Source: an uncultured Verrucomicrobiae bacterium
GTDB lineage: Bacteria > Verrucomicrobiota > Verrucomicrobiia > Chthoniobacterales > Xiphinematobacteraceae
Assembly (NCBI GenBank): GCA_963706715.1
Contig: CAVPNI010000002.1
Coordinates: forward strand, 256,001 to 320,000
DNA: 64,000 bases
Reading direction: 5' to 3'
The position numbers were made by a program, and so were the translations under genes. The notes under the pieces were generated by a model. The model did no database searches. It saw only the letters and a list, made by a program, of their open reading frames with translations, and was not told where the DNA came from. Below are positions 9,626 to 18,972 of the stretch, in pieces; the stretch's first letter is position 1; each line of letters opens with the position of its first letter.

Positions 9626-9719
9626 TATACCCGTCGCCATTGAAGATACCGACGGCTTGATCTCTCGTATCAACGACTTCCATGCCATTCAGGCGGTTTC
9701 TTCATGTTGAATGGGTATA
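9626..9719. mobile_element. 94-bp ERIC-like MITE (family C), copy 1
   Basis: TATACCCGTC...ATGGGTATA imperfect palindrome; second copy at 63231..63324. Confidence 0.82.
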
Positions 9720-9748
9720 GATACCTCCGATTGCCAAACTTAAGTTGA

Positions 9749-10564
9749 TTAATCCAGGCTTTCATCCGCAGGATTTCTTTCTCTTGCATAGCGACAAACG
9801 CCAAATCTCCGTTTTGCGGCCATTCGAATAAATTCGAAGAAGCATTGTGCTTCCATGCCCCATTCCTGTTGACTGGCAGCCTCCAATGCCTGTGTCACAT
9901 TAAGACCGTTGAGGTAAAGAAGCTTAAAAGCCCGCTTAATTTCCATACGCGTTGTTGAAGGCAATCCGGCGCGTTTTAGACCTATCGCGTTCAATCCGGT
10001 AAGGGTATTGGTGTAATTTGCGACGGTATAAGGCGGAATATCTTTTGAAAACCGACCGCCTCCTCGCACCATGGCGTTTCGGCCAACTCGCATGTTCTGA
10101 TGGAATACATTGCCACCCCCTAATACAACGGCATCTTCTATTTCCACATACCCTCCAAGAAGAACATTATTGGCAATCACTGTTTGATTCCCCACAACGC
10201 TATTGTGTCCCAGATGGACACCATTCATTAAAAAATTATCGTCTCCCACCCGAGTAACGGTTCCCTCGCCTGTACCACGGTGGATGGTGACATATTCTCG
10301 GATCTTGTTGCGGTTTCCAATATGGACTCGACTGGGGGTGCCTGGCTTAAAAGCGACATCCTGCGGCTCGGCGCCTAAAATAGAGCCATAGCCCACGAGA
10401 TTCTCGTCTCCAAGGATGGTGTGTCCAGTTAAGACAGAGCAAGCTTGAATAATACAACGGGCACCGATTTCCACTTCCTCTTCAATAATCGCATATGGGC
10501 CGATTTCGATACCTTCTCCAAGAACGGCTTTTGAGCTGACAATTGCAGTGGGATGAATTTTCAA
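9749..10564 (-). CDS. lpxA: acyl-ACP--UDP-N-acetylglucosamine O-acyltransferase (LpxA family)
   Basis: IHPTAIV, hexapeptide repeats, PQD, IREYVTIHRGT, GLNAIGLKR. Confidence 0.9.
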   Translation of the reverse strand: MKIHPTAIVSSKAVLGEGIEIGPYAIIEEEVEIGARCIIQACSVLTGHTILGDENLVGYGSILGAEPQDVAFKPGTPSRVHIGNRNKIREYVTIHRGTGEGTVTRVGDDNFLMNGVHLGHNSVVGNQTVIANNVLLGGYVEIEDAVVLGGGNVFHQNMRVGRNAMVRGGGRFSKDIPPYTVANYTNTLTGLNAIGLKRAGLPSTTRMEIKRAFKLLYLNGLNVTQALEAASQQEWGMEAQCFFEFIRMAAKRRFGVCRYARERNPADESLD

Positions 10565-11262
10565 AGGATACCTGCCTCCTTAAAACTAAAATAGGGTTTA
10601 CGTCCTCCGTCGGGGGAACCAACAATCACATGATCCATAAGTTTGATTTGCAAAAGTTGCGCGACTTCTGCAAGTCGTATTGTTAACTTACGATCTGATT
10701 CGCTCGGAGACGGGTCTCCGGATGGGTGATTGTGTGCTATGATGAGCGCGTATGCAGAGTAAAGAAGGGCAGGACGGAATACTTCTCTGGGGTGGGCAAG
10801 ACTTTCGTTCAATGTGCCCTGAGAAACTTCCTCAATACGAAGCATACAGTAGCGCGTGTCTAACAAGACAACACGCAGCGATTCACACCGCAGTGATTGC
10901 ATCATCGGAAAAAGCAAACGAAAAGCGGCTTCGGGATCATCAAGTTTTATACGAGCCACGCTTCCTTTAACGAAACGCTTCGCTAATTCAAATGCTGTTG
11001 CAAGTTGAGTCGCTTTAGCCAAGCCAATCCCCTGTACGCATTTCATTAATTCGTCGACCGAACAACGAGAAAGGCCAATTAAAGATCCGTAGGCATTGAG
11101 AAGCTCCTTACCCAGGTAAATCGCACTTTTGCCGCGTGTTCCAGTCCGTAAGAGAATTGCCAATAATTCGGCATCAGACAAACTCACAGCACCTGCACTC
11201 GCAAACTTTTCACGCGGCCGTTCTTCTTTGGGTATTTCCGAAATGCGTGCTCCCCTATTCAT
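10561..11262 (-). CDS. radC: RadC/JAB-domain protein
   Basis: ERPREK, LSDAELLAILLRTG, HPREVF, HNHPSGDPSPS..D, DHVIVG. Confidence 0.95.
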   Translation of the reverse strand: MNRGARISEIPKEERPREKFASAGAVSLSDAELLAILLRTGTRGKSAIYLGKELLNAYGSLIGLSRCSVDELMKCVQGIGLAKATQLATAFELAKRFVKGSVARIKLDDPEAAFRLLFPMMQSLRCESLRVVLLDTRYCMLRIEEVSQGTLNESLAHPREVFRPALLYSAYALIIAHNHPSGDPSPSESDRKLTIRLAEVAQLLQIKLMDHVIVGSPDGGRKPYFSFKEAGIL

Positions 11263-11288
11263 AGTACATAATATACATTGAAAGTACC
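11261..11288 (-). other. dif-like XerCD site candidate
   Basis: GGTACTTTCAA TGTATA TTATGTACTAT; 20/28 identical to E. coli dif with 14 contiguous matches. Confidence 0.45.
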
Positions 11289-11308
11289 TGAGTGCTCACC
11301 TCACAATT

Positions 11309-11322
11309 GAGGTCATGCTATA
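11309..11322. repeat. solo TIR remnant of MITE family A
   Basis: GAGGTCATGCTATA matches the MITE end GGGGTCATGCTA+TA. Confidence 0.55.
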
Positions 11323-11365
11323 GCCAAACGAGCCGTTGCAGTGAAAGCAAAAATGAACCAATTTT

Positions 11366-12394
11366 TTACTTCATGGGACCCAACATCATTTCCAAATGAC
11401 CTGCCACAGCATCCAAAGCCAACGCATGCCGATTTTGAGGAATGCTCGCGAGATGTTCCCTTGCCTCCGCAATCCATCGCAAACCTGTTTGGGACGCCAT
11501 CTGAACCGTAGCTGAAGCGCTCGCCATACGAACGACTTCATCGACGTCCACCATTTCTCTCCCAAGAAGAGATTGGAGGGTTGGAAGATTTTTGCCATTT
11601 TCCTGATGGATTAAAAAAAGGACAGGGAGAGTAAATTTGCCTTTTCGGAGATCCGTACCCAGGGTCTTACCAACACGAGCTTCGTCACCAATCAGATCCA
11701 AGCAGTCATCGTAAATTTGATAAGCAATCCCCAATCGGTGTCCAAATTTGCGCAATGCCCCAATGATTTCGGGGTCCGCCCCACTAATGAAGGCGCCCAA
11801 TTCACAAGCAACTGCAAATAGCGCCGCCGTTTTCATCTCGATGATGCGGTAATAATCGGCAATACTCAGCTTCAAATCAAAACGCCGTCCGGTTTGAATA
11901 ATTTCCCCACTGCACACCTCTGCCGAAGCATCCGCAATCTTACGGCTGACCTCCCGGTCGGAGAAATTCGTCGAAAGTCGTAAAGCATGAGAAAATAGAC
12001 AATCCCCCAACAACACACTCAGTGCATTCCCCCACTTTGCATTAGCCGTAAGCTGGTCGCGACGGAGCTCCGCTCCATCGATAATATCATCGTGCACCAG
12101 TGTGGCAATATGGATGAGCTCAAGAATGACCGCCAGATCCACATGATTTGTTGTAATATTTCCGGTAACCCCGCCAGCCAGCAAGGCGAGAGTCGGACGC
12201 AAACGTTTTCCTCCCTTCATAGCCACATAGGAAATATATTCCTCCACAGCCGGATCAAAGACACGCGACTGCTGGCGGATTTTTTCCTCAACTGAATGCA
12301 GATGAGAATGGATGAGCTCCGTCGCTTGCTGGATGGGAGAGGCTAGGACTTGGCCAAACAGGTTAGGGCTCGAGGAAGCAACTGAATTTTTCAT
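11366..12394 (-). CDS. polyprenyl diphosphate synthase (IspB/HepT-like)
   Basis: GGKRLRP, LVHDDIID, KTAALF, QIYDD, GKTLGTDL..GK.TLP. Confidence 0.92.
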   Translation of the reverse strand: MKNSVASSSPNLFGQVLASPIQQATELIHSHLHSVEEKIRQQSRVFDPAVEEYISYVAMKGGKRLRPTLALLAGGVTGNITTNHVDLAVILELIHIATLVHDDIIDGAELRRDQLTANAKWGNALSVLLGDCLFSHALRLSTNFSDREVSRKIADASAEVCSGEIIQTGRRFDLKLSIADYYRIIEMKTAALFAVACELGAFISGADPEIIGALRKFGHRLGIAYQIYDDCLDLIGDEARVGKTLGTDLRKGKFTLPVLFLIHQENGKNLPTLQSLLGREMVDVDEVVRMASASATVQMASQTGLRWIAEAREHLASIPQNRHALALDAVAGHLEMMLGPMK

Positions 12395-13207
12395 TTAAAG
12401 CGAAGTCCGAAAGCGAGAAATCGCCATTCTGGTCAAGCAAAATGGGACTAAAAGCGCAGCCACGACAGCCAATGTGAGCAGTCGATTCGGAATCACCCGA
12501 GGCCGCTCCGCAGCCACCGCTCGAAGGCCTGTCAGGACTACCTCTCGAGGAGTGGAAACAAATGCCGCCATCGAATGAGAATGCGGCGTCCGCGGTTCTT
12601 CATGGGATCTCGCGGCTGCCTCAAAAAAACCTGTTGGCACCGGACCAGGGCATAAGGCTGTCACAATAATTCCTTGAGGACGAAGTTCCATCGCTAAGGC
12701 TTCTGAAAGGCTGGTCACGTAAGCCTTAGTGGCAGCATAAACAGCCATATTTGGCAAAGGGAAAAAACCTGCTACGGAACTGACATTCAAAACAGCCGCT
12801 CGCTTCGTGCGAAGCATGGAAGGTAGCAAAAGATAGGTCAAATGCGTCAACGCCTCAATATTGATGTCGAGTATGGCCCGCACACGAGACCACTGTGCCG
12901 TGGAAAATTCTCCGTGATCACCCAATCCTGCATTGTTTACCAAAAAATTTATGGAAAGGTGCTGATCTTGCAGCCACTGTACGAGGCGTTCTCGCTCGGC
13001 TTCCTGAGCAAGGTCCGCCGAATAGATGACGATGGAACAAGCGGGATGTTGAGCTAATAACTTGGTTTTTAAGGCTTCCAAGCGGTAAGTTCTCCGCGCG
13101 ATGAGAACGAGAGTTTTCGCTATGGGCGCCAATTGATATGCAAACTCCTCACCCAAGCCCGACGATGCTCCGGTGATCAAGGCCGTACAGCCTTCGAAAA
13201 ATTTCAT
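12395..13207 (-). CDS. short-chain dehydrogenase/reductase
   Basis: TGASSGLG, NNAG, YAATK, LCPGPV. Confidence 0.9.
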   Translation of the reverse strand: MKFFEGCTALITGASSGLGEEFAYQLAPIAKTLVLIARRTYRLEALKTKLLAQHPACSIVIYSADLAQEAERERLVQWLQDQHLSINFLVNNAGLGDHGEFSTAQWSRVRAILDINIEALTHLTYLLLPSMLRTKRAAVLNVSSVAGFFPLPNMAVYAATKAYVTSLSEALAMELRPQGIIVTALCPGPVPTGFFEAAARSHEEPRTPHSHSMAAFVSTPREVVLTGLRAVAAERPRVIPNRLLTLAVVAALLVPFCLTRMAISRFRTSL

Positions 13208-13372
13208 AGGGTCAAAATTTCACTGATAGTCAGCTCTCTATCCAGCCAAAAACTAGCTGCGGGAAGAAATTTGACAGGGACGTTACCAAACGGTAATCCT
13301 ACTTGGTCATGAAAAAAGCGTCGAACTCTTTAAAAACAATGTGGAGAATTTCTTCAACCGTGTAAGCCATCA

Positions 13373-13392
13373 GATGGGGGTTCCTACTCGAT
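13373..13392 (+). repeat. remnant of the group II intron 3' end (domain VI)
   Basis: GATGGGGGTTCCTACTCGAT vs intron terminus GATGAGGGTTCCTACTCGAT (19/20). Confidence 0.7.
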
Positions 13393-13516
13393 CAGAGCTG
13401 TGAATAACTTTGGACCGACCGAAAAAGTCGATCGCTGGATACTTCTCCTCCTCGAAAATTCCCTTCAATTTTTCTGTCATTAAATCCTGGAATATTCAGT
13501 TTTTCTCCAATTTCAA

Positions 13517-14554
13517 ATGAAAGCTGTTGGTCTGACCCGCAATTTGCCAGTGGAAAATCCCGAATGCTTGTTAGATCTGGACATTCCCAAGCCCGAACCG
13601 GGGCCACGTGACCTGCTCGTCCGAATAGAAGCCATTTCAGTTAATCCAATAGATACTAAAATACGTTTTGGCAGAGCTCCAAAGGAAGGTATGCCAACCA
13701 TTTTGGGGTATGATGCGGCGGGCGTAGTGGAAGCTGTAGGGCAAGAGGTAAAACGCTTCCGGGTTGGAGACGCGGTTTATTATGCCGGAACATTAAACCG
13801 GCCGGGGAGTAATGCGCAGTTTCAGGCAATAGACGAACGGATTGTGGGTCATAAGCCGAAGTCGCTGGTCTGGGCAGAAGCGGCATCGATTCCCTTAACG
13901 GTACTGACTGCATGGGAAGGCCTGTTTTTTCAGATGGGAATCGATTTGGAAGGAAAAAATGCGAGGCAGTCACTCCTCCTGATTGGGGCTGGCGGTGGCG
14001 TTGGCTCAGCGGTAATTCAACTCGCAAAGATTGCGGGTCTCCGAGTGATTGCCACAGCCTCATCACCTGAATCCGAAGAATGGTGCAGAAGTTTGGGAGC
14101 TGAATTTACAGTCAACTACCTTCACCCACTCCCAAAACAACTGGAAGAGATTGGATGCACCAATATCGATTTCATTTTTAATGCAGCTAATACAACCATC
14201 TACTGGGAGACTATGGCAAAGGTCATCGCCCCACTGGGTTCCATTTGTTGTCTTGTTGATGCAAAAGAGCCGGTGGATCTCAATCTTTTAAAATCCAAAT
14301 CCGTACGATTTGCGTGGGAATTTATGTTCATGCGCGCTTCTCTGGAATCGCCAAAAATAGATGAACAAGGTGCGATATTAGACCGTGTGGCCAAGTTTTT
14401 GGATGCAGGCAAAATCCGCACTGTGGTTCAAGAGACTTTATCGCCGATCTGCGCGCGGACACTCCGTGAAGCGCACACCCGCATCGAATCAGGAAAAACA
14501 AAAGGGAAGATTGTTTTAACGGGTTGGAATGATAGCGAAAGTCCTATAAATTAG
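13517..14554 (+). CDS. zinc-type alcohol dehydrogenase-like / quinone oxidoreductase
   Basis: [36 protein letters not shown]. Confidence 0.9.
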   Translation: MKAVGLTRNLPVENPECLLDLDIPKPEPGPRDLLVRIEAISVNPIDTKIRFGRAPKEGMPTILGYDAAGVVEAVGQEVKRFRVGDAVYYAGTLNRPGSNAQFQAIDERIVGHKPKSLVWAEAASIPLTVLTAWEGLFFQMGIDLEGKNARQSLLLIGAGGGVGSAVIQLAKIAGLRVIATASSPESEEWCRSLGAEFTVNYLHPLPKQLEEIGCTNIDFIFNAANTTIYWETMAKVIAPLGSICCLVDAKEPVDLNLLKSKSVRFAWEFMFMRASLESPKIDEQGAILDRVAKFLDAGKIRTVVQETLSPICARTLREAHTRIESGKTKGKIVLTGWNDSESPIN

Positions 14555-15684
14555 TTTCCCAATTCGAATTCGACACGAATCTTGTAAATACCCTCTTGAG
14601 CAAGGCCAGGCGGCAGAGGATCAATTTGTTTCACGCGAGCAGCAGCTTCCAAAACGGATCGATCCAAGATTTCATTTCCGCTGCCTCGCACAACTCGATA
14701 GTCGAATATACTTCCGTCTTTTGAAATCCGGATCTCAAGCATACAGGAAAACTTATGCTGTGGATCAAAGAGTGACGTGGGTTGGTCCCATTGACTATAA
14801 AAGCGATCGTGAATGAGTGCGTTGTACCGACCATATTGAGACGAATGCGCAGCATCACTGGTCTTTGCTGCCGTTTCCGAGTCGGCTTTGGCTTCGCCTT
14901 CTCCGCTGCCGTTCGCGTCGTTATGGGGTTTGGCCGCTGCTTCCCGCTCAGTTTTCTGTTGAACAGAGTGCTTTTTTTTGGATTTGGATGTGTGCGCGTT
15001 TGATTCTGTTGCGTGCTCTTCGGGTCTTGTGTGAGGGTGAGGTGTGGCCCTTAATTTCGCTTCATGGGGCATCTCGGAATCGGCTTTGGGAGCGGGTTTA
15101 GGCGTAGCCTTTGGAGTCGGCTTGGGCGTAGCCTTTGGGGTTGGTTTGGGCATAGCCTTTGGGGTCGGCTTAGGCGTAGCCTTTGGGGTCGGCTTAGGCG
15201 TAGCCTTTGGGGTCAGCTTGGGCGTAGCCTTTGGGGTTGGTTTGGGCGTAGCCTTTGGGGTCGGCTTGGGCGTAGCCTTTGGGGTTGGCTTGGGCGTAGC
15301 CTTGGGAGTCGGTTTGGGCATGGCCCTAGGTGTTGGCTTTGGGTTAGCAACCGGTGTCGCAGGAGGAAGCGGATCAATCACGGGGGGTGTCTCAGCTACT
15401 GGAGGAGGTGTTGGCACCGACGGCGAAGAAGGCGGAAGTTCCTTCTCATCGGTTTGGGATGCGGAATGATCTTTGGGAGGAGGAAGCGGTATCGCTTCGG
15501 CGTCCCCTTCTTCATTTTCAACGGGATTCTGCATCTGCTGAGCAAAAAAACCTGGATTTAGCCAGAGAATTTCTCCGGTTGGCCTGGGGATCTTGGTTCG
15601 GTTGAACCAAAATAATGCTCCAAGCAGCAACATGTGTACGAATCCCACCCAGAGAAGGATTCTCCGAAAACGCGGTTCTTGCAT
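14551..15684 (-). CDS. TonB/TolA-family energy transducer
   Basis: N-terminal TM helix with His, Pro/Lys-rich linker, TonB_C-like domain ([11 protein letters not shown]); follows exbB/exbD homologues. Confidence 0.85.
   Translation of the reverse strand: MQEPRFRRILLWVGFVHMLLLGALFWFNRTKIPRPTGEILWLNPGFFAQQMQNPVENEEGDAEAIPLPPPKDHSASQTDEKELPPSSPSVPTPPPVAETPPVIDPLPPATPVANPKPTPRAMPKPTPKATPKPTPKATPKPTPKATPKPTPKATPKLTPKATPKPTPKATPKPTPKAMPKPTPKATPKPTPKATPKPAPKADSEMPHEAKLRATPHPHTRPEEHATESNAHTSKSKKKHSVQQKTEREAAAKPHNDANGSGEGEAKADSETAAKTSDAAHSSQYGRYNALIHDRFYSQWDQPTSLFDPQHKFSCMLEIRISKDGSIFDYRVVRGSGNEILDRSVLEAAARVKQIDPLPPGLAQEGIYKIRVEFELGN
15079..15342 (-). repeat. 11 x 24-bp tandem repeat encoding (PKPTPKAT)n
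   Basis: Counted from the translation and the nucleotide sequence. Confidence 0.9.
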
Positions 15685-15690
15685 AATGCC

Positions 15691-16119
15691 CTAGGAACCT
15701 GATGGCGTAACTTCTGGGTGAGCTAATACCCCCACTTTGGAAATACCAACACGGCCAAGAAGGTCCATCACGTTGATAAATTTTTGGAGAGGAAGCGCCT
15801 GGTCGGCTCGGATCACAACCGCTAGTTGAGAATCCTGCGTATGGAGCTCGGACAAGCGCGTCTCAAGTTCTTGTAGCGTCGTCGGCACCCCATTCAGCAT
15901 TAGGCTGGAGTCACGGCTAACGCTAACAGTCTGTACTTGATCGGGCTGAGCGCTGGTTTTGGCTGTGGAACTGGTTGGAACCGCAAGATCCAAGGTGTTT
16001 TCCATGAGGGGGGCAGTGATCATAAAAATGATCAAAAGGACAAACGCCAGATCCAGCAAGGGAGTAACGTTCAGTTCGGTAAGTGTTGAAAGTTGATGTT
16101 TGGAAGAAAATCGACGCAT
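15691..16119 (-). CDS. ExbD/TolR family protein
   Basis: ELNVTPLLDLAFVLLIIFMITAP, VIRAD. Confidence 0.92.
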   Translation of the reverse strand: MRRFSSKHQLSTLTELNVTPLLDLAFVLLIIFMITAPLMENTLDLAVPTSSTAKTSAQPDQVQTVSVSRDSSLMLNGVPTTLQELETRLSELHTQDSQLAVVIRADQALPLQKFINVMDLLGRVGISKVGVLAHPEVTPSGS

Positions 16120-16128
16120 AAAATTTAT

Positions 16129-16929
16129 TCAACGCCGGAGCTCACCACCGTGGTTCACATAGCGGTGATCTATTTCCGAAGCCAGTTCGGTAACAAAGTT
16201 TTCGCACTGCATTATCAGGGAACGGATGCTAACTACCAAAAAGTTGTAGCCAAACATAGCAGGGATGGCCACAAGCAAACCGGTAACAGTCGTTATCAGG
16301 GCACCCGCCACTCCGGGCGCCATAGCAGTGAGATTAGCATTACCGGCAGCAGCAATTCCGGCAAATGCATCCATCACGCCCCAAACTGTCCCTAATAGGC
16401 CGAGAAATGGCGCCCCGCTAACGGCAGTCGAAAGGACAATCATAAGAGATTCCAACTTTAGGACTGATTCTCCTACCGCCCGCTCCATTGCCGCAGTTAC
16501 CGCACGCATCTGAGCAGGAGAAATTTTTTTTGCGCTTTCCAATCGGGCCCGAAAAGTCTCGTCCACCTCAGTCGCTCCCAATAATTGAAAACAAAGTTCC
16601 GTACAGCCAGCCTCATAAACTTCAAACAGAGGAGAGTCACCAAATTTGACTTCGCTCTCGTAAATCCGGAGCGGAGCTCTCTCTTTATGAAAAAGAGCAA
16701 AAAAATGAGCATTTTGACGTTTGGCCACCTGAAGGTGCCTCAATTTGTAAAAGATCACGGACCAGCTAAAAATGGAACCCAAAAAAAGGGTAAAAAGTAT
16801 GATGCGTCCTGCGATGGTTGATTCGTTAAAAATGTACATTAGGCTGGCAGCTAAGGGAAAACTGAGCAAACCCGGAGAAAGGGAACAAACCATAACCATT
16901 TTATAAAATGTCCAGAAAGGCATATCCAA
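16129..16929 (-). CDS. ExbB/TolQ/MotA proton channel (start uncertain)
   Basis: APFLGLLGTVWGVM, APGVAGALITT..GL.VAIPA...YN. Confidence 0.92.
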   Translation of the reverse strand: MDMPFWTFYKMVMVCSLSPGLLSFPLAASLMYIFNESTIAGRIILFTLFLGSIFSWSVIFYKLRHLQVAKRQNAHFFALFHKERAPLRIYESEVKFGDSPLFEVYEAGCTELCFQLLGATEVDETFRARLESAKKISPAQMRAVTAAMERAVGESVLKLESLMIVLSTAVSGAPFLGLLGTVWGVMDAFAGIAAAGNANLTAMAPGVAGALITTVTGLLVAIPAMFGYNFLVVSIRSLIMQCENFVTELASEIDHRYVNHGGELRR

Positions 16930-16950
16930 TCCCGAACGGAAAGGAAATTT

Positions 16951-17931
16951 ATGAAAGGAATTTTATCTCCGGTTGCCTTCTGTCCAATTCCCACTTATTT
17001 CGACAGGATGTCTTTCACTCGTCTGTTTTCTCGACGCCGATCCGCAATGGTTTTTCTTTTTCTGTTAGGCGCCCTGATACCCATCATGCGCGCATCCGCC
17101 GCAGCACCGCGAGATAATCCATATGATGTCCTGGGCAGGGTATTTGCTCCATTTTGGCGGGTATTTCTCACGGGTGGACATGAAACTAGCTCCGCAAATC
17201 GCGCTATGATGATGACTTTGCGGATGACGGCGGTCACGGGACGACTGTCCAAGGAATTTGAGGGAGCTACGCTACATGCCTGGGTTCAATTTCCTGATAA
17301 ACTGAAGCTGGAGGCCCCAGCGCTCGGAGAAATGGTAACGGTTTGCCGTGATGGCAATGTGGTCTGGGCCACGCCCGGACAGAAAATCGAGTTTCTTTTG
17401 TCAAAATTCGGGAAAATCGGTCTCCCTGAGGATCTTCCCATCCCCGGAACTCCCCTACCTCTCCCCATCACAGAAAAACAAGCCGTGTTTCTCCCGGCGC
17501 TGCCCGCCCTTTTCACTATTAAAAATCCCGACTTTGCGGAGATCATCCCCTTAAACGGCGAGGACAATCGTCTGATTACCGGAGGCATTATGCCTGAGTT
17601 AGCAAAGGCCATCGATGCTGAAGATTTTCTTGCTCGACTCTGGGTCGCCAGTAGCTACATGCCCAGACGCGTTGAGATTACACGTCGCGATTTTACATGT
17701 ACTGTGGATATTACAGAACTCAAGTTTACATCCGGCTTACCGGCAGAGACCTGGATGGTTCCACCCGGAGTGACAGATGTCTACCGGACAAATGCCCACA
17801 AATTACAAGCCATCCTGTTTGTAGTGATGAATTCTCTTCAGGCGAAACGCGGCCTCCAGCCAAGCGACGCCGCGACTACCCCCGCTCCATTACAGCCGTC
17901 GGCTACGCCGGTTTCTTTTAGAAGCCAATAA
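16951..17931 (+). CDS. hypothetical exported protein (start probably near 17008-17047)
   Basis: Long ORF with a signal-peptide-like segment ending ASA-AAP. Confidence 0.65.
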   Translation: MKGILSPVAFCPIPTYFDRMSFTRLFSRRRSAMVFLFLLGALIPIMRASAAAPRDNPYDVLGRVFAPFWRVFLTGGHETSSANRAMMMTLRMTAVTGRLSKEFEGATLHAWVQFPDKLKLEAPALGEMVTVCRDGNVVWATPGQKIEFLLSKFGKIGLPEDLPIPGTPLPLPITEKQAVFLPALPALFTIKNPDFAEIIPLNGEDNRLITGGIMPELAKAIDAEDFLARLWVASSYMPRRVEITRRDFTCTVDITELKFTSGLPAETWMVPPGVTDVYRTNAHKLQAILFVVMNSLQAKRGLQPSDAATTPAPLQPSATPVSFRSQ

Positions 17932-18027
17932 TTGCGAATAAAGTCTTTTTGTGCTACAGGTTTCTAATGGAATTGGACGAAGTCCGCACCACACCGTGAT
18001 GCCGGACAAGATCTTATGAAAAAATAG

Positions 18028-18888
18028 TCAATTTTTATAGCTCCCTAGCAGCTCGACTTCGCCGATTTTAAGGTCCAGTTCCTTTTCCGCCACTCGTAAG
18101 AATCCTTCCGTAGCATCCGTTAAGGCCACTCGTAATTTTCCTATGGATAAGTTTTTATTTGATCGTCCTTGTTTGAGTAGTGCCTCTTGTATGGCTAAAG
18201 CACAATGATGTGCGGAGTCCACCAGGGTAATTTTTGGCCCCACCAACTGCGAAATGGCTTTTCGTAGTAAAGGGTAGTGAGTACAGCCGAGCACCAATGT
18301 ATCGATATCTTTCTCGAGGAGTGGTCCCAAATAGCGTTGCAGTGTCATATTTGTAATTTCATCCTTTAGCATTCCCTCTTCTATCAGGGGAACCAAAAGC
18401 GGACAGGCCCTGTCAAAAACTTGTGCTTCGGGGTAGATTGCCTGGATAGCCCGGTGATAGGCTTTGCTGGCAATGGTTGCTCTGGTGCCGATTACTCCGA
18501 TTCGCTGATTTTGCGACGCGGATACAGCCGCCGATGCTCCTGGCTGAATCACTCCCAACACTGGCACGAGAAGCCGTTCGCGAAGGTGATCCAAAGCCAA
18601 AGCAGAAGAGGTATTGCAAGCAATAACCACCATTTTCGCATTCTCAGACAGCAACAGTTGGCTGATTTCCATGCTGTAGCGTTCAATGGTCTTTTGGCTT
18701 TTCCCTCCATATGGAACACGAGCTGTGTCTCCCACATAAAAAATATCTTCGCTCGGCAATAAATGCCGCAAAGCAGCTACAACGGTTAATCCTCCAATGC
18801 CCGAGTCAAAAACCCCAATTGGTCTTCCCTCCGACCGCAGATTTTGTATTGTGATATTTGTTTCCTGCGAAACTTGGGTATTTTGCAT
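18028..18888 (-). CDS. murI: glutamate racemase
   Basis: IGVFDSGIGGLTV, DTARVPYG, IACNT, LGCTHYP. Confidence 0.96.
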   Translation of the reverse strand: MQNTQVSQETNITIQNLRSEGRPIGVFDSGIGGLTVVAALRHLLPSEDIFYVGDTARVPYGGKSQKTIERYSMEISQLLLSENAKMVVIACNTSSALALDHLRERLLVPVLGVIQPGASAAVSASQNQRIGVIGTRATIASKAYHRAIQAIYPEAQVFDRACPLLVPLIEEGMLKDEITNMTLQRYLGPLLEKDIDTLVLGCTHYPLLRKAISQLVGPKITLVDSAHHCALAIQEALLKQGRSNKNLSIGKLRVALTDATEGFLRVAEKELDLKIGEVELLGSYKN

Positions 18889-18972
18889 CAGAAACTTACG
18901 AAGTTTTAATTTATCCTACTCAATTGAGGGAAATAATTTCCTATCGTATCGCGTAACTTGATCATGAAATGA

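Noticed and set aside
15044..15561. Antisense ORFs with (GVGLGVAF)n and (RRSLWG)n repeats; possible CRISPR-like array
   Set aside because: They are shadows of the PKPTPKAT coding repeat and contain no unique spacers.
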